Source of the DNA: Erysipelotrichaceae bacterium
GTDB lineage: Bacteria > Bacillota_I > Bacilli_A > Erysipelotrichales > Erysipelotrichaceae
DNA length: 60,600 nt
NCBI GenBank assembly: GCA_049662565.1
Contig: JBATBW010000081.1
Coordinates: forward strand, 1 to 60,600
Direction: 5' to 3'
The position numbers and the translations under genes were made by a program. Shown piece by piece: positions 19,366-28,982 of this stretch. The stretch's first letter is position 1. Each line of letters starts with the position of its first letter. The notes under the pieces were generated by a model, which worked only from the letters and a program-made list of their open reading frames with translations, had not been told where the DNA came from and ran no database searches.

Positions 19366-20466
19366 ATGAAAAGAAAACATGATAAATTAATTATCTTTAT
19401 TTTTATTAGTTTTATTTTTGTGATGATGATTGGTAATTTTGTGAATGCGGATCGATCTTTTTCGGATAATGAAAATCGGAAGTTAGCACAAAAGCCGGCA
19501 TTTACAATTAATAAATTATTTAGTGGTAAATATATGGTTGAGTATGAAAAGTATGTCAATGATCAATTTATTTTTCGGGATAATTGGATTAATTTAAAGG
19601 CATATAGTGAAATAATGTTTGGTAAAATTGAGAACAATAATGTTTATTTGGGTAGTAGTTTGGTTGATAAGTTTACTAATTATGATCAAACTGTTATTAA
19701 TAATAATATTAGTGCCATTAATAAATTTATGAAGAAGAATGATGATATTAATGTCAGTGCGTTAATTGTGCCGACTAGTGGTCAGTTTTATCAAAATCAA
19801 ATATCACAATTTGCTTATAACTTAGATCAAGAGAAGTTATTACAGGAGATTAAGTCGAAAATTAAAGGTAGTTTTGTGGATGTTTATTCCGATTTTGCGA
19901 ATAGTGAAGAAGATTTATATTTTAAATATGATCATCATTATAATATTGAAGGAGCCTATTTAACTTATCAAGCGTATTTAAATCATGTTGGTTTAAAAGC
20001 GGTAGATAAAAAAGATTTGATTAGGGAAGTAGTTAGTGATAATTTTAGAGGTACTTTGTATTCCAAGAGTGGTTTATTTAATATCAAAGGGGAAGAAATA
20101 GTTAATTACTATCATCCTAATTTATTAGTTGATGTGCTTTATGATCAAGATAGCAAAGCGACGATGTTTTTAAAAGATAATTTGAAGAAGAAGGATCAGT
20201 ATACATATTTTCTTGATGGTAATCATGCGTTGACACAAATTGATACGCATCAAGAAGGTAAGAAGTTGTTGTTGGTTAAGGACTCTTATGCTCATATTTT
20301 GACACCTTTACTAGCGAAACATTATTCGCAGATTATTTTAGTAGATCCGCGTTATTATAAAGAGAGTATAAGTGATTTAGTGTTGGAAAAAGGGATTGAT
20401 GAAGTATTAATTATTTATAACTTAGATAATTTCACCAAAGATTTATCTTTAGGAGCGATAAAATGA
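19366..20466 (+). CDS. DHHW-family (AlgX/AlgJ/PatB-like) extracytoplasmic acyltransferase partner
   Basis: It has an N-terminal TM anchor and the motif 'KYDHHYN' (DHHW-type). It lies immediately downstream of the MBOAT gene. Confidence 0.8.
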   Translation: MKRKHDKLIIFIFISFIFVMMIGNFVNADRSFSDNENRKLAQKPAFTINKLFSGKYMVEYEKYVNDQFIFRDNWINLKAYSEIMFGKIENNNVYLGSSLVDKFTNYDQTVINNNISAINKFMKKNDDINVSALIVPTSGQFYQNQISQFAYNLDQEKLLQEIKSKIKGSFVDVYSDFANSEEDLYFKYDHHYNIEGAYLTYQAYLNHVGLKAVDKKDLIREVVSDNFRGTLYSKSGLFNIKGEEIVNYYHPNLLVDVLYDQDSKATMFLKDNLKKKDQYTYFLDGNHALTQIDTHQEGKKLLLVKDSYAHILTPLLAKHYSQIILVDPRYYKESISDLVLEKGIDEVLIIYNLDNFTKDLSLGAIK

Positions 20467-21449
20467 GCCAAATAAAAAGAATATTGAGAATTGTTGAATT
20501 GTTGTATGACACGGATTATGAACACCCAACGTCGATTAAAAAAATGAATGAGGTCTTAGAGAATGAGAGTTACGAAGGCCATAAGATGACTTTTGAAAGA
20601 AAGATGTTTTATAGCTTAATTGATGACTTGCGGGATATTGGATATAATATTGAGGCTTGTGGTAATAATTATTATTGGGATCATGATCGTCTTGATGAAA
20701 CACAATTATTTATCTTATTGAAGATTATTAATTCGAGTACGACTATTACTAAAAAACATAGTGAAGAAATTATTGAAAAGCTGTTGAATATAACTTGTTC
20801 GCAAAACCGTGACAATTTGCGAAAGTGGGTTGTGGATAATCCAAAGAAGAGTAAAAACGAGAAAATCTTATATTGTGTTAATGATTTAGTTAAGGCGATT
20901 GATAATCATGTGAAGGTTACTTTTGATTATTATAAGAGTGATAATAAGGTGAAGAGTTATCGTATTAGCCCGTATTTTGTTCATTATAATCATGATCATT
21001 TTTATTTGATTGGTAGTCACCCAACAAGAACTGGTTTTAATATTTATCGTTTAGATCGGATGAAGGATCTGAAAGTTGGTAAGAAGAAATATGATGAACA
21101 TGTTACTATTGAAAGTGTTAATGAGTATATTAGAGATAATATTGATATGTATCATGGTAAGGTCTACAATGCGACTATTGCCTTTAAACGAGAAATTGAA
21201 AATCAAATCTATGATTATTTTGGTCAAGGTATCATTATTGATAAAGGAAGAATGGATTGGTATAAGGTTAATGTTAGTGTCAATGATGCGCCTACTTTCT
21301 TTGGGTGGATGGCGCAATATGGTAATGAAATAAAGATTATGGCTCCGGCTTCATTAAAAAATAAATATATTAATTATATAAAGAGTGTTTTATCTTTGTA
21401 TGGAGTTGAAGATAATAGTGGTTTAATAGAAGAAAAGATCCCATCGTAA
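20463..21449 (+). CDS. WYL-domain transcriptional regulator (N-terminal wHTH)
   Basis: The N-terminus 'IKRILRIVELLYD' is HTH-like. The WYL core reads 'YRISPYFVHYNHDHFYLIGS...FNIYRLDRMKDLKV'. Its start overlaps the DHHW stop (ATGA at 20463-20466). Confidence 0.8.
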   Translation: MSQIKRILRIVELLYDTDYEHPTSIKKMNEVLENESYEGHKMTFERKMFYSLIDDLRDIGYNIEACGNNYYWDHDRLDETQLFILLKIINSSTTITKKHSEEIIEKLLNITCSQNRDNLRKWVVDNPKKSKNEKILYCVNDLVKAIDNHVKVTFDYYKSDNKVKSYRISPYFVHYNHDHFYLIGSHPTRTGFNIYRLDRMKDLKVGKKKYDEHVTIESVNEYIRDNIDMYHGKVYNATIAFKREIENQIYDYFGQGIIIDKGRMDWYKVNVSVNDAPTFFGWMAQYGNEIKIMAPASLKNKYINYIKSVLSLYGVEDNSGLIEEKIPS

Positions 21450-21461
21450 ATACGATGGGAT
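21438..21461. terminator. bidirectional hairpin between convergent genes
   Basis: The palindrome atcccatcgta-aa-tacgatgggat spans the stop codon of the WYL gene and abuts the yigZ stop. Confidence 0.6.
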
Positions 21462-22064
21462 TTATATTTCTATAGTGATTTCTTTTTGGGATAAATACTT
21501 AATTTTTCCGCTGGACAATTGATTGATTTTTTCGATTAGTTCATCGTTAAATGAGATATAAGTGATGAGGATATTTAAATCGAATTGGGTATCAATTATC
21601 TTGATATCGTTGATGGTCAATAAGTAGTTGATTTTATCATATAAGTCATATGGTACTTGAATGATATTTTCTTTTGCGATAGTGGGTATAGTGATTGTTG
21701 CTTCGTTAATGGCTTGGGCTGCGCTACTGCTGTAGGCTCTAATTAGTCCGCCACTGCCTAGTTTAATTCCACCAAAGTAGCGGATTATGGCGCATAAACA
21801 GTTATCTAAATCATTTTTGATTAAGACGTTTAGAATGGGGATACCGGCTGTTCTAGCGGGTTCTTTGTCATCGCTGCTTCTTGTTGTTTGTTGGTTGTTG
21901 CATATTAAGGCATAACAAATGTGGTTAGCGAAGCTGTGTTCTTTTTTTAGTTTTAATAAATATTCTTTTGCTTGAACCTCGTTATCAATGGGTACTAAGT
22001 GGGTTATGAATTCACTTTTGTTGATTGTTTGTGAGGTTATAACTGTATCTTTAATATGTTTCAT
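21462..22064 (-). CDS. yigZ: YigZ/IMPACT-family (UPF0029) protein
   Basis: 'INKSEFITH', 'DDKEPARTAGIPIL' and 'RYFGGIKLGSGGLIRAY' are present. Confidence 0.85.
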   Translation of the reverse strand: MKHIKDTVITSQTINKSEFITHLVPIDNEVQAKEYLLKLKKEHSFANHICYALICNNQQTTRSSDDKEPARTAGIPILNVLIKNDLDNCLCAIIRYFGGIKLGSGGLIRAYSSSAAQAINEATITIPTIAKENIIQVPYDLYDKINYLLTINDIKIIDTQFDLNILITYISFNDELIEKINQLSSGKIKYLSQKEITIEI

Positions 22065-22095
22065 TTAATCACCATAAATATTATACTATAAAGGG

Positions 22096-22124
22096 TTGAA
22101 ATTATTAAGTAGAAGTAGTATCAT
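22096..22124 (+). promoter_or_regulatory. htpG promoter
   Basis: TTGAAA (22096-22101), a 17-nt spacer, then TATCAT (22119-22124). Confidence 0.55.
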
Positions 22125-22128
22125 ATTT

Positions 22129-22155
22129 TTAGCACTTACTGACTTAAAGTGCTAA
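22129..22155 (+). promoter_or_regulatory. CIRCE operator (HrcA binding site)
   Basis: TTAGCACTT-N9-AAGTGCTAA compares with the consensus TTAGCACTC-N9-GAGTGCTAA. It sits between the -10 and the RBS. Confidence 0.85.
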
Positions 22156-22167
22156 ATGGAGGTATAT

Positions 22168-24057
22168 ATGGCAAAGAAACAATTTAAGGCAGAGTCGAAA
22201 AGATTATTAGATCTAATGATTAATTCAATTTATACGCATAAGGAGATTTTTTTAAGAGAGCTTATATCTAATGCTTCTGATGCAATTGATAAATTATATT
22301 ATTTATCATTAACTAATGATCAAATAACTATTAAAAAAGATAGCTTAGAAATCTTTTTGGAAGTTAATGAAGGTGATAGAACTATTACAATTAAGGATAA
22401 TGGTATTGGTTTAAGTAAAGAGGACCTACAAGAAAATTTAGGGACTATTGCGAAAAGTGGTTCATTAGACTTTAAGACTAATATTGAAGGCAATGAAGAT
22501 GTCGATATCATTGGTCAATTTGGGGTTGGTTTTTATTCCGCTTTTATGGTGGCGAAAAGCGTCGAAGTTATTACTAAAAAGTATGATAGTGATGTCGCTT
22601 ATAGTTGGATTAGTGATGGTGTTGATGGTTATACTATCAACGAAAGTAGTAAGGATGAGATTGGTACTACGATTATTTTGACTTTAAAAGATGATAGTGA
22701 AGATGATAAATATAGTGAATATTTAAGTGAATATCGTATTAAGGATTTGATTAAGCGATATAGTGATTATATTCGTTATCCAATTAAGATGTATGTGAAT
22801 AAGCAAGTTAAAAAAGCGGATAGTGATGAATATGATAGTGTTAAAGAGTTAGAAACTTTGAATAGTATGATTCCTTTGTGGAAGCGTAATAAGAATGATA
22901 TTAAGAAGGAAGAATATGATGATTTCTATAAAGATAATTTTATGGATTTCAATGATCCTTTAAAGGTTATTCATTTCAATGTTGAGGGTAATATTTCTTT
23001 TGATTCATTATTATACATTCCAAGCAAGGCTCCTTATAACTATTATACGAAAGATTTTGAAAAGGGTTTAAAGTTATATTCTCGTAATGTTTTTATTATG
23101 GATAAAGCTAGTGATTTAGTGCCTGAGTATTTTAGATTCGTTAAGGGACTAGTTGATTCAATGGATTTATCTTTGAATATTTCACGGGAAATGTTACAAC
23201 ATGATCGTCAATTAAAGGCGATTGCGGGTAAAGTGGAAAAGAAGATTAAATCTGAATTGTTGAATATGTTGAATAATGAAAGAGATTTATATGTTCAATT
23301 TTATAAAGAGTTTGGTATTCAATTAAAGTATGGAGTGTATAGCGATTATGGTATGCATAAAGATACTTTACAAGATTTATTAATGTTCTATTCTTCGAGT
23401 GAAAAAGAGTTAGTCACTTTAAAAGAATATGTTGATCGAATGAAAGAAGGTCAAGAGTTCATTTATTATGCTAGCGGTAGTAGTGTAGATAAGATTGATA
23501 AATTGCCACAATTAGAGTTATTAAAAGATAAGGGTTATGAAATTCTTTATTTAAGTGATGATGTTGATGAATTTGCTTTACAAATGTTGATGAAGTATAA
23601 TGAAAAATCATTTAAATCTGCTAACCAAGGTGATTTAAATTTAGAAGATGAAGCTACTAAAGAAGAAGTTAACAAAGTAAGTGATGATAATAAAGGTATG
23701 TTAGAATTAATTAAAGAAGCTTTAAAAGGTAAAGTTGACGATGTAATTATTTCTAAACGCTTAAAAACGGCACCAGTATGTTTGAGTAGTAAAGAAGGAT
23801 TATCTATGGAAATGGAAAAGGTGTTAAGCCAAATGCCAGATGGCAGTCAAATAAAGGCCGAGAAAGTTTTAGAGATTAATCATGGTCATGATTTGTTTAA
23901 AGCCTTGACTAAGGTGTATAATAAAGATGCTTCATTAATTGATGAGTATGCAAGTCTTTTATATAACCAAGCACTAATGATTGAAGGATTTAGTGTGGAA
24001 GATCCGATTGATTTTTCAAATAAAATGGTTAAGTTAATGATTGATTCTGCAAAATAA
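22168..24057 (+). CDS. htpG: molecular chaperone HtpG (Hsp90)
   Basis: 'ELISNASDAIDK' and 'IGQFGVGFYSAFMVA' are present. I chose the ATG at 22168, which follows a GGAGG RBS. Confidence 0.95.
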   Translation: MAKKQFKAESKRLLDLMINSIYTHKEIFLRELISNASDAIDKLYYLSLTNDQITIKKDSLEIFLEVNEGDRTITIKDNGIGLSKEDLQENLGTIAKSGSLDFKTNIEGNEDVDIIGQFGVGFYSAFMVAKSVEVITKKYDSDVAYSWISDGVDGYTINESSKDEIGTTIILTLKDDSEDDKYSEYLSEYRIKDLIKRYSDYIRYPIKMYVNKQVKKADSDEYDSVKELETLNSMIPLWKRNKNDIKKEEYDDFYKDNFMDFNDPLKVIHFNVEGNISFDSLLYIPSKAPYNYYTKDFEKGLKLYSRNVFIMDKASDLVPEYFRFVKGLVDSMDLSLNISREMLQHDRQLKAIAGKVEKKIKSELLNMLNNERDLYVQFYKEFGIQLKYGVYSDYGMHKDTLQDLLMFYSSSEKELVTLKEYVDRMKEGQEFIYYASGSSVDKIDKLPQLELLKDKGYEILYLSDDVDEFALQMLMKYNEKSFKSANQGDLNLEDEATKEEVNKVSDDNKGMLELIKEALKGKVDDVIISKRLKTAPVCLSSKEGLSMEMEKVLSQMPDGSQIKAEKVLEINHGHDLFKALTKVYNKDASLIDEYASLLYNQALMIEGFSVEDPIDFSNKMVKLMIDSAK

Positions 24058-24066
24058 GGAAGATAT

Positions 24067-25215
24067 ATGATAAACTTTTTAATTAAAACATTTGTGAAAG
24101 ATGACAACCGTTATCAATATGGGTTACTAAGTGGGATAGTAGGTATTATTGCGAATTTCTTACTATTTAGTATGAAATTACTTATTGGTATTTTATCGGG
24201 TAGTTTGTCAGTAATGGCGGATGCCTTTAATAACTTAAGTGATAGTGCTAGTAGTGTAGTGACAATGGTCGGTTTTAAACTTTCTAATATGCCAGCGGAT
24301 AAGGATCATCCTTTTGGTCATGGCCGTAGTGAATATATTGCGGGTTTAGTTGTCGCTTTTGCGATTGCTTTAATGGGGTTTGAATTATTTAAGAGTAGTA
24401 TAACAAAAATATTTAATCCTAGTAGTATTGAAATTACGACGATTACTTTAGTTATCTTAGTTGTTTCAATTATTATTAAAGTGTGGTTGTTTTTCTTTAA
24501 TAATAAGATTGGGAAGCTTACTAATTCGCAAACGATTAAGGCGACTAGTAAAGATGCATTGTTTGATGTTTTATCGACAACGGTTATTTTAGTTGGGGTT
24601 TTAGTGGAAAATTATTGGTCACTTCGTGTTGATGCTTATTTAGGAGTGATGGTTTCAATCTTTATTTTATATAATGGTTATGAAACTATTAAAGATACAT
24701 TAAGCCCGTTATTGGGTGAAGCACCTGATCAAGATTTTGTGAGTCAGGTTAAGAAAAAGGTTATGTCTTATCCTAATATTGTGGGTATCCATGATATGAT
24801 GGTACATAATTATGGTAATAACAAGATTTTTATTTCTTTGCATGCGGAATTACCAAGCAATATTGATGTGATGTTGTTGCATGATGAAGTGGATAATATT
24901 GAAAGAGATATTAAAAAAGAGTTTAATTGTGATATGACTATTCATATGGATCCGGTTTTAATGAATGATAAGAAATTGAATAAGGTCAAAGGACAAGTTA
25001 TTAAGGCGATCCATGAAATTAATGAGAACTTTCATATTCATGATTTTCGGATTGTAGAAGGCGTTACTCATACTAATTTAATATTTGATGTAGTTGTTCC
25101 TTTTGATTGTGAATTTAATAATGATGTACTATATGAATTAGTTTATCAAAAGATTAAAAAGTTGGATAATACTTATGAATTAGTTTTAAATATCGATCAA
25201 GATTATGTGCAATAA
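24067..25215 (+). CDS. cation diffusion facilitator family transporter
   Basis: Six TM segments are predicted. 'MADAFNNLSD' and 'HPFGHGRSEY' are present, followed by a C-terminal cytoplasmic domain. Confidence 0.88.
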   Translation: MINFLIKTFVKDDNRYQYGLLSGIVGIIANFLLFSMKLLIGILSGSLSVMADAFNNLSDSASSVVTMVGFKLSNMPADKDHPFGHGRSEYIAGLVVAFAIALMGFELFKSSITKIFNPSSIEITTITLVILVVSIIIKVWLFFFNNKIGKLTNSQTIKATSKDALFDVLSTTVILVGVLVENYWSLRVDAYLGVMVSIFILYNGYETIKDTLSPLLGEAPDQDFVSQVKKKVMSYPNIVGIHDMMVHNYGNNKIFISLHAELPSNIDVMLLHDEVDNIERDIKKEFNCDMTIHMDPVLMNDKKLNKVKGQVIKAIHEINENFHIHDFRIVEGVTHTNLIFDVVVPFDCEFNNDVLYELVYQKIKKLDNTYELVLNIDQDYVQ

Positions 25216-25240
25216 GGAGCGAAAGCTCCTTATTTTATTT
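25214..25240 (+). terminator. intrinsic terminator
   Basis: The hairpin aaggagc-gaaa-gctcctt is followed by a T-rich tract. Confidence 0.75.
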
Positions 25241-25320
25241 TGGGGATAAGAAATGATGAATAAATAGCAAATATTGGTTATTTTTATCAGGATACTATTG
25301 ATCTACTACTTGAATTGTGA

Positions 25321-25349
25321 TTGAAAAGACAAGTTAGTAGTGGTATAAT
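25321..25349 (+). promoter_or_regulatory. pgk-tpiA promoter
   Basis: TTGAAA (25321-25326), a 17-nt spacer, then TATAAT (25344-25349). Confidence 0.65.
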
Positions 25350-25374
25350 CTAGTTGCTATTAGGAGGATATATC

Positions 25375-26571
25375 ATGGCAAAAATGACTGTCAAAGATTT
25401 AGACGTTAAGGGTAAAAAAGTCATCGTTCGCGTTGATTTTAACGTACCTTTAAAAGATGGAGTAATTACTAACGATAATCGTATTAACGCTGCATTACCA
25501 ACTATTAATTATTTAGTAGAAAATGGAGCAAGAATTGTTTTAATGTCACATTTAGGAAAAATTGATCATAAAGATCCTGAAAAATGTGAAGCTGGTAAAA
25601 AGAAAAACAATATGGCGCCAGTTGCCGCAAAATTAGCGGAAAAAGTTTCAACAAGTGTTACTTTTGTACCTGTTACTCGTGGTGAAGAATTAGAAACTGC
25701 AGTTGCGAATTTAAAAGATGGTGAAATCGTATTAATGCAAAATACGCGTTATGAAAAAGGCGAAAGTAAAAATGATGCAGAATTAGCACAATATTGGGCT
25801 AGTTTAGGAGAATTATTTGTATCTGATGCTTTTGGTTCTGTTCATAGAGCACATGCTTCTACAGTAGGTATTCCTAGCATTTTACCTAGTGCATTAGGTT
25901 TCTTAGTGGAAAAAGAAGTAAACATGTTATCTAAAGCTTTAAATGATCCTAAACGTCCATTAGTGGCGGTATTAGGTGGAGCTAAAGTAAGTGATAAGAT
26001 TGCGGTTATTGATAATTTATTAAGTATTGCGGATAAGATTATTATCGGTGGTGGTATGGCTTATACATTTAGTGTTGCACAAGGGCATAAGATTGGTAAA
26101 TCTTTATTAGAAGAAGACCGTGTAGAAATGGCTAAAGAATATTTAGCTAAAGCTAATGGAAAGATTATTTTACCGATTGATACTGTAGCAAATACGCAAT
26201 TCGCTAATGAAGGCGATATCAAAGTATTTGAAGGTGACATTCCTGATGAATATATGGGATTAGATATTGGTCCTAAATCGATTGCTTTATTTAGTGAAAC
26301 TTTAAAAGATGCGAAAACAGTTATTTGGAATGGACCTATGGGTGTATTCGAAATGGAAAACTTCGCAGTTGGTACTAAAGCTATTTGTAAAGCAATTAGT
26401 GATATTGATGGTGTTATGAGCGTTATTGGTGGTGGCGATAGTGCTGCAGCTGCAATTTCTATGGGTTACCAAGATAAATTCAGCCATATTTCTACAGGTG
26501 GTGGTGCATCACTAGAATATATGGAAGGTAAAGTATTACCAGGAATTGATATTATACAGGAGAAAAAATAA
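25375..26571 (+). CDS. pgk: phosphoglycerate kinase
   Basis: 'VRVDFNVP', 'SHLGK' and 'GGGDSAAA' are present. I chose the ATG at 25375, which follows an AGGAGG RBS. Confidence 0.97.
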   Translation: MAKMTVKDLDVKGKKVIVRVDFNVPLKDGVITNDNRINAALPTINYLVENGARIVLMSHLGKIDHKDPEKCEAGKKKNNMAPVAAKLAEKVSTSVTFVPVTRGEELETAVANLKDGEIVLMQNTRYEKGESKNDAELAQYWASLGELFVSDAFGSVHRAHASTVGIPSILPSALGFLVEKEVNMLSKALNDPKRPLVAVLGGAKVSDKIAVIDNLLSIADKIIIGGGMAYTFSVAQGHKIGKSLLEEDRVEMAKEYLAKANGKIILPIDTVANTQFANEGDIKVFEGDIPDEYMGLDIGPKSIALFSETLKDAKTVIWNGPMGVFEMENFAVGTKAICKAISDIDGVMSVIGGGDSAAAAISMGYQDKFSHISTGGGASLEYMEGKVLPGIDIIQEKK

Positions 26572-27315
26572 ATGAGAAAACCAATTATTGTCGGAAACTG
26601 GAAGATGAACAAAACAAATGCGGATGCGATCACATTTGTTAATGAAATTGAAAAAGTATTACATGATAAAGCGGACTTTGGAGTAGCAACTCCATTTACT
26701 TGCTTAGCTACTAGTGTAGGAAATGCTAAAAACTTAATCATTGCGGCTGAAAATTGTCACTTTGCGGATAATGGAGCTTTCACTGGTGAAGTTAGTGTTC
26801 CAATGTTAGAAGAAATTAATGTTAAATGGTGTATTATTGGACATAGTGAAAGAAGACAAATGTTTGGTGATACTAATGAAACAGTTAATAAAAAAGCTAT
26901 TCGTTTAATTGCGAGTAATATGACTCCAATTATTTGTTGTGGAGAAACATTAGAAGAATTTGAAGCTGGTCAAACAGAAAGTATCGTTAGAACTCAAGTT
27001 AAAGAATGTTTAGCGGGTATTGATGGTAAAGATGTTGCGAACTTAGTTATCGCTTATGAACCTATTTGGGCTATTGGTACTGGTAAATCAGCTACTAAAC
27101 AAATTGCTCAAGATACTTGTGCAATTGTTAGAAACCAAGTTGAAGTTATGTATGGTAAAGAAGTTGCGGATAAAGTACGTGTTCAATATGGTGGATCAGT
27201 TAAACCAGACAATATTAAAGAATATATGGCTATGGAAGACATCGATGGTGCATTAATCGGTGGTGCTAGCTTAAAAGTTGATTCATTTACAGAAATCATT
27301 GAAGCAGTTAAATAA
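26572..27315 (+). CDS. tpiA: triose-phosphate isomerase
   Basis: 'GNWKMN', 'IGHSERR' and 'AYEPIWAIGTG' are present. Confidence 0.97.
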   Translation: MRKPIIVGNWKMNKTNADAITFVNEIEKVLHDKADFGVATPFTCLATSVGNAKNLIIAAENCHFADNGAFTGEVSVPMLEEINVKWCIIGHSERRQMFGDTNETVNKKAIRLIASNMTPIICCGETLEEFEAGQTESIVRTQVKECLAGIDGKDVANLVIAYEPIWAIGTGKSATKQIAQDTCAIVRNQVEVMYGKEVADKVRVQYGGSVKPDNIKEYMAMEDIDGALIGGASLKVDSFTEIIEAVK

Positions 27316-27325
27316 TTAATTCTAC

Positions 27326-27349
27326 AAAGGCGATAGTATATCGCCTTTT
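27326..27349 (+). terminator. intrinsic terminator of tpiA
   Basis: The hairpin aaaggcgata-gta-tatcgccttt is followed by a T-run. Confidence 0.8.
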
Positions 27350-27461
27350 ATTATTTATGGACGGATGTTCCAAACAAAGACTTAATTACTATCACATTTA
27401 ATGTTACTATCAGTGATAGAATGACAAGCGATAAAGCTATTGTCTACAAGTTAACAAAATA

Positions 27462-27490
27462 AAAGGCGATTATATCGCCTTTTATGTTTT
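27462..27490 (+). terminator. second, near-identical intrinsic terminator
   Basis: The hairpin aaaggcgat-tat-atcgccttt is followed by a T-rich tract. It is a near copy of the hairpin at 27326-27349. Confidence 0.7.
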
Positions 27491-27653
27491 AATGAGGTAA
27501 ACACATGGATAATTTATTTCAAAATTATAAATATTAAGGATATTGATGTCTATAGATGGGTTAATTATAGGTCGTATATTATTTACTATATATTTTACTA
27601 AACTACTTATTTGCTAGTTGTGGTATTATATAAATAAGATAGAGGTGACATTT

Positions 27654-28892
27654 ATGAATAGTTTGGATTATTTATTAAAATATGACAATGAATTAGGACT
27701 ATCGATGAAAAAAGAATTAGATCGTCAACAAAATAATTTGGAATTGATTGCGAGTGAAAATATTGCGTCAGTTGGAGTTTTGGCGGCTATGGGTAGTATA
27801 TTAACTAATAAGTATGCTGAAGGGTATAGTGGTAAACGATATTATGGAGGTTGTGAGTATGTTGATGAGGTGGAAGATCTAGCTATTTCTCGTGTTAAGA
27901 AGTTGTTTAAGGCGGAGGCTGCCAATGTCCAACCACATTCAGGGGCGCAGGCTAATTTGGCGGTTTATTTTGCTTTATTACAACCAAATGATACAGTATT
28001 GGGGATGAGTTTGGATGCTGGTGGTCATTTGACTCATGGTAGCAAGGTTAATTTGAGTGGGAAGTATTATAATTTTATTCCTTATGGTATTGATGATAAT
28101 ACGGGGTTAATTAATTATGATGAGGTAAGAAGTCTTGCGCTAGAATATCGACCAAAAATGATTGTGGCGGGTGCTAGTGCTTATCCGCGAAGTATTGATT
28201 TTGAGAAATTTAGAGAAATTGCGGATTTAGTTGGAGCTTACTTAATGGTGGATATGGCGCATATTGCTGGACTTGTGGCAGTGGGTTTACATCAATCTCC
28301 AGTGCCTTATGCGGATGTGGTGACAAGCACTACTCATAAGACGTTAAGAGGGCCACGTGGTGGGTTAATCCTTTGTAAAGAGGAGTTGCTGCCTAAAATT
28401 AATAAAGCGTTATTTCCCGGCACTCAAGGTGGTCCATTGATGCATATTATTGGTGCTAAGGCGGTTTGTTTTAAAGAAGCATTGGATGATAGTTTTAAAC
28501 TTTATCAACAACAAGTATTAAATAATGCGAAAGCTTTAGCAAAAGGCCTAATGGATTTAGGTATTAATTTAGTTTCGGGTGGTACTGATAATCATTTGAT
28601 GTTATTAGATTTACGTAATATGAATATTACGGGTAAAAAGCTAGAACATCGTTTGGATGCTGTACATATTACCGTTAATAAAAACGCTATTTCTAAAGAT
28701 CCACTAGGTCCAAATATCACTAGTGGTATAAGAATAGGTACTCCTGCTGTAACAACTAGAGGACTAAAAGAAGAAGATATGAGTGTTATTGCGAAACTTA
28801 TATATTTAGTTATTACGGATTTTGATAATCAAAAAGAATATATAATTAATGAAGTTAAAAAAATGACGGATAAGTATCCTATTTATCAATAA
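27654..28892 (+). CDS. glyA: serine hydroxymethyltransferase
   Basis: 'ELIASEN', '[13 protein letters not shown]' and '[14 protein letters not shown]' (PLP lysine) are present. I chose the ATG at 27654, which follows a GAGGTG RBS. Confidence 0.97.
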   Translation: MNSLDYLLKYDNELGLSMKKELDRQQNNLELIASENIASVGVLAAMGSILTNKYAEGYSGKRYYGGCEYVDEVEDLAISRVKKLFKAEAANVQPHSGAQANLAVYFALLQPNDTVLGMSLDAGGHLTHGSKVNLSGKYYNFIPYGIDDNTGLINYDEVRSLALEYRPKMIVAGASAYPRSIDFEKFREIADLVGAYLMVDMAHIAGLVAVGLHQSPVPYADVVTSTTHKTLRGPRGGLILCKEELLPKINKALFPGTQGGPLMHIIGAKAVCFKEALDDSFKLYQQQVLNNAKALAKGLMDLGINLVSGGTDNHLMLLDLRNMNITGKKLEHRLDAVHITVNKNAISKDPLGPNITSGIRIGTPAVTTRGLKEEDMSVIAKLIYLVITDFDNQKEYIINEVKKMTDKYPIYQ

Positions 28893-28906
28893 GGAACCAC
28901 ATAAGC

Positions 28907-28946
28907 AAATAGATGACCAATTTGATAATTAGTCATCTATTTTTAA
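28907..28946 (+). terminator. intrinsic terminator of glyA
   Basis: The 11-bp stem aaatagatgac/gtcatctattt is followed by a T-run. Confidence 0.7.
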
Positions 28947-28982
28947 TTAAATATGATATAAAAAAAGTAGGTAGGTGCATTT

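Noticed and set aside
21076-21333. Same-strand alternative-frame ORFs inside genes: 21076-21333, 22484-22681 and 27056-27256.
   Set aside because: They overlap confidently identified genes (the WYL regulator, htpG and tpiA) in another frame. They have M/L/V/K-rich compositions and no RBS, so they are chance ORFs.
27356-27462. Mini-ORFs of 13-14 codons in the tpiA-glyA spacer: MDGCSKQRLNYYHI at 27356 and MTSDKAIVYKLTK at 27421.
   Set aside because: Neither has a Shine-Dalgarno sequence, both are very short, and there is no supporting signal. I kept them only as context for the duplicated-terminator observation.
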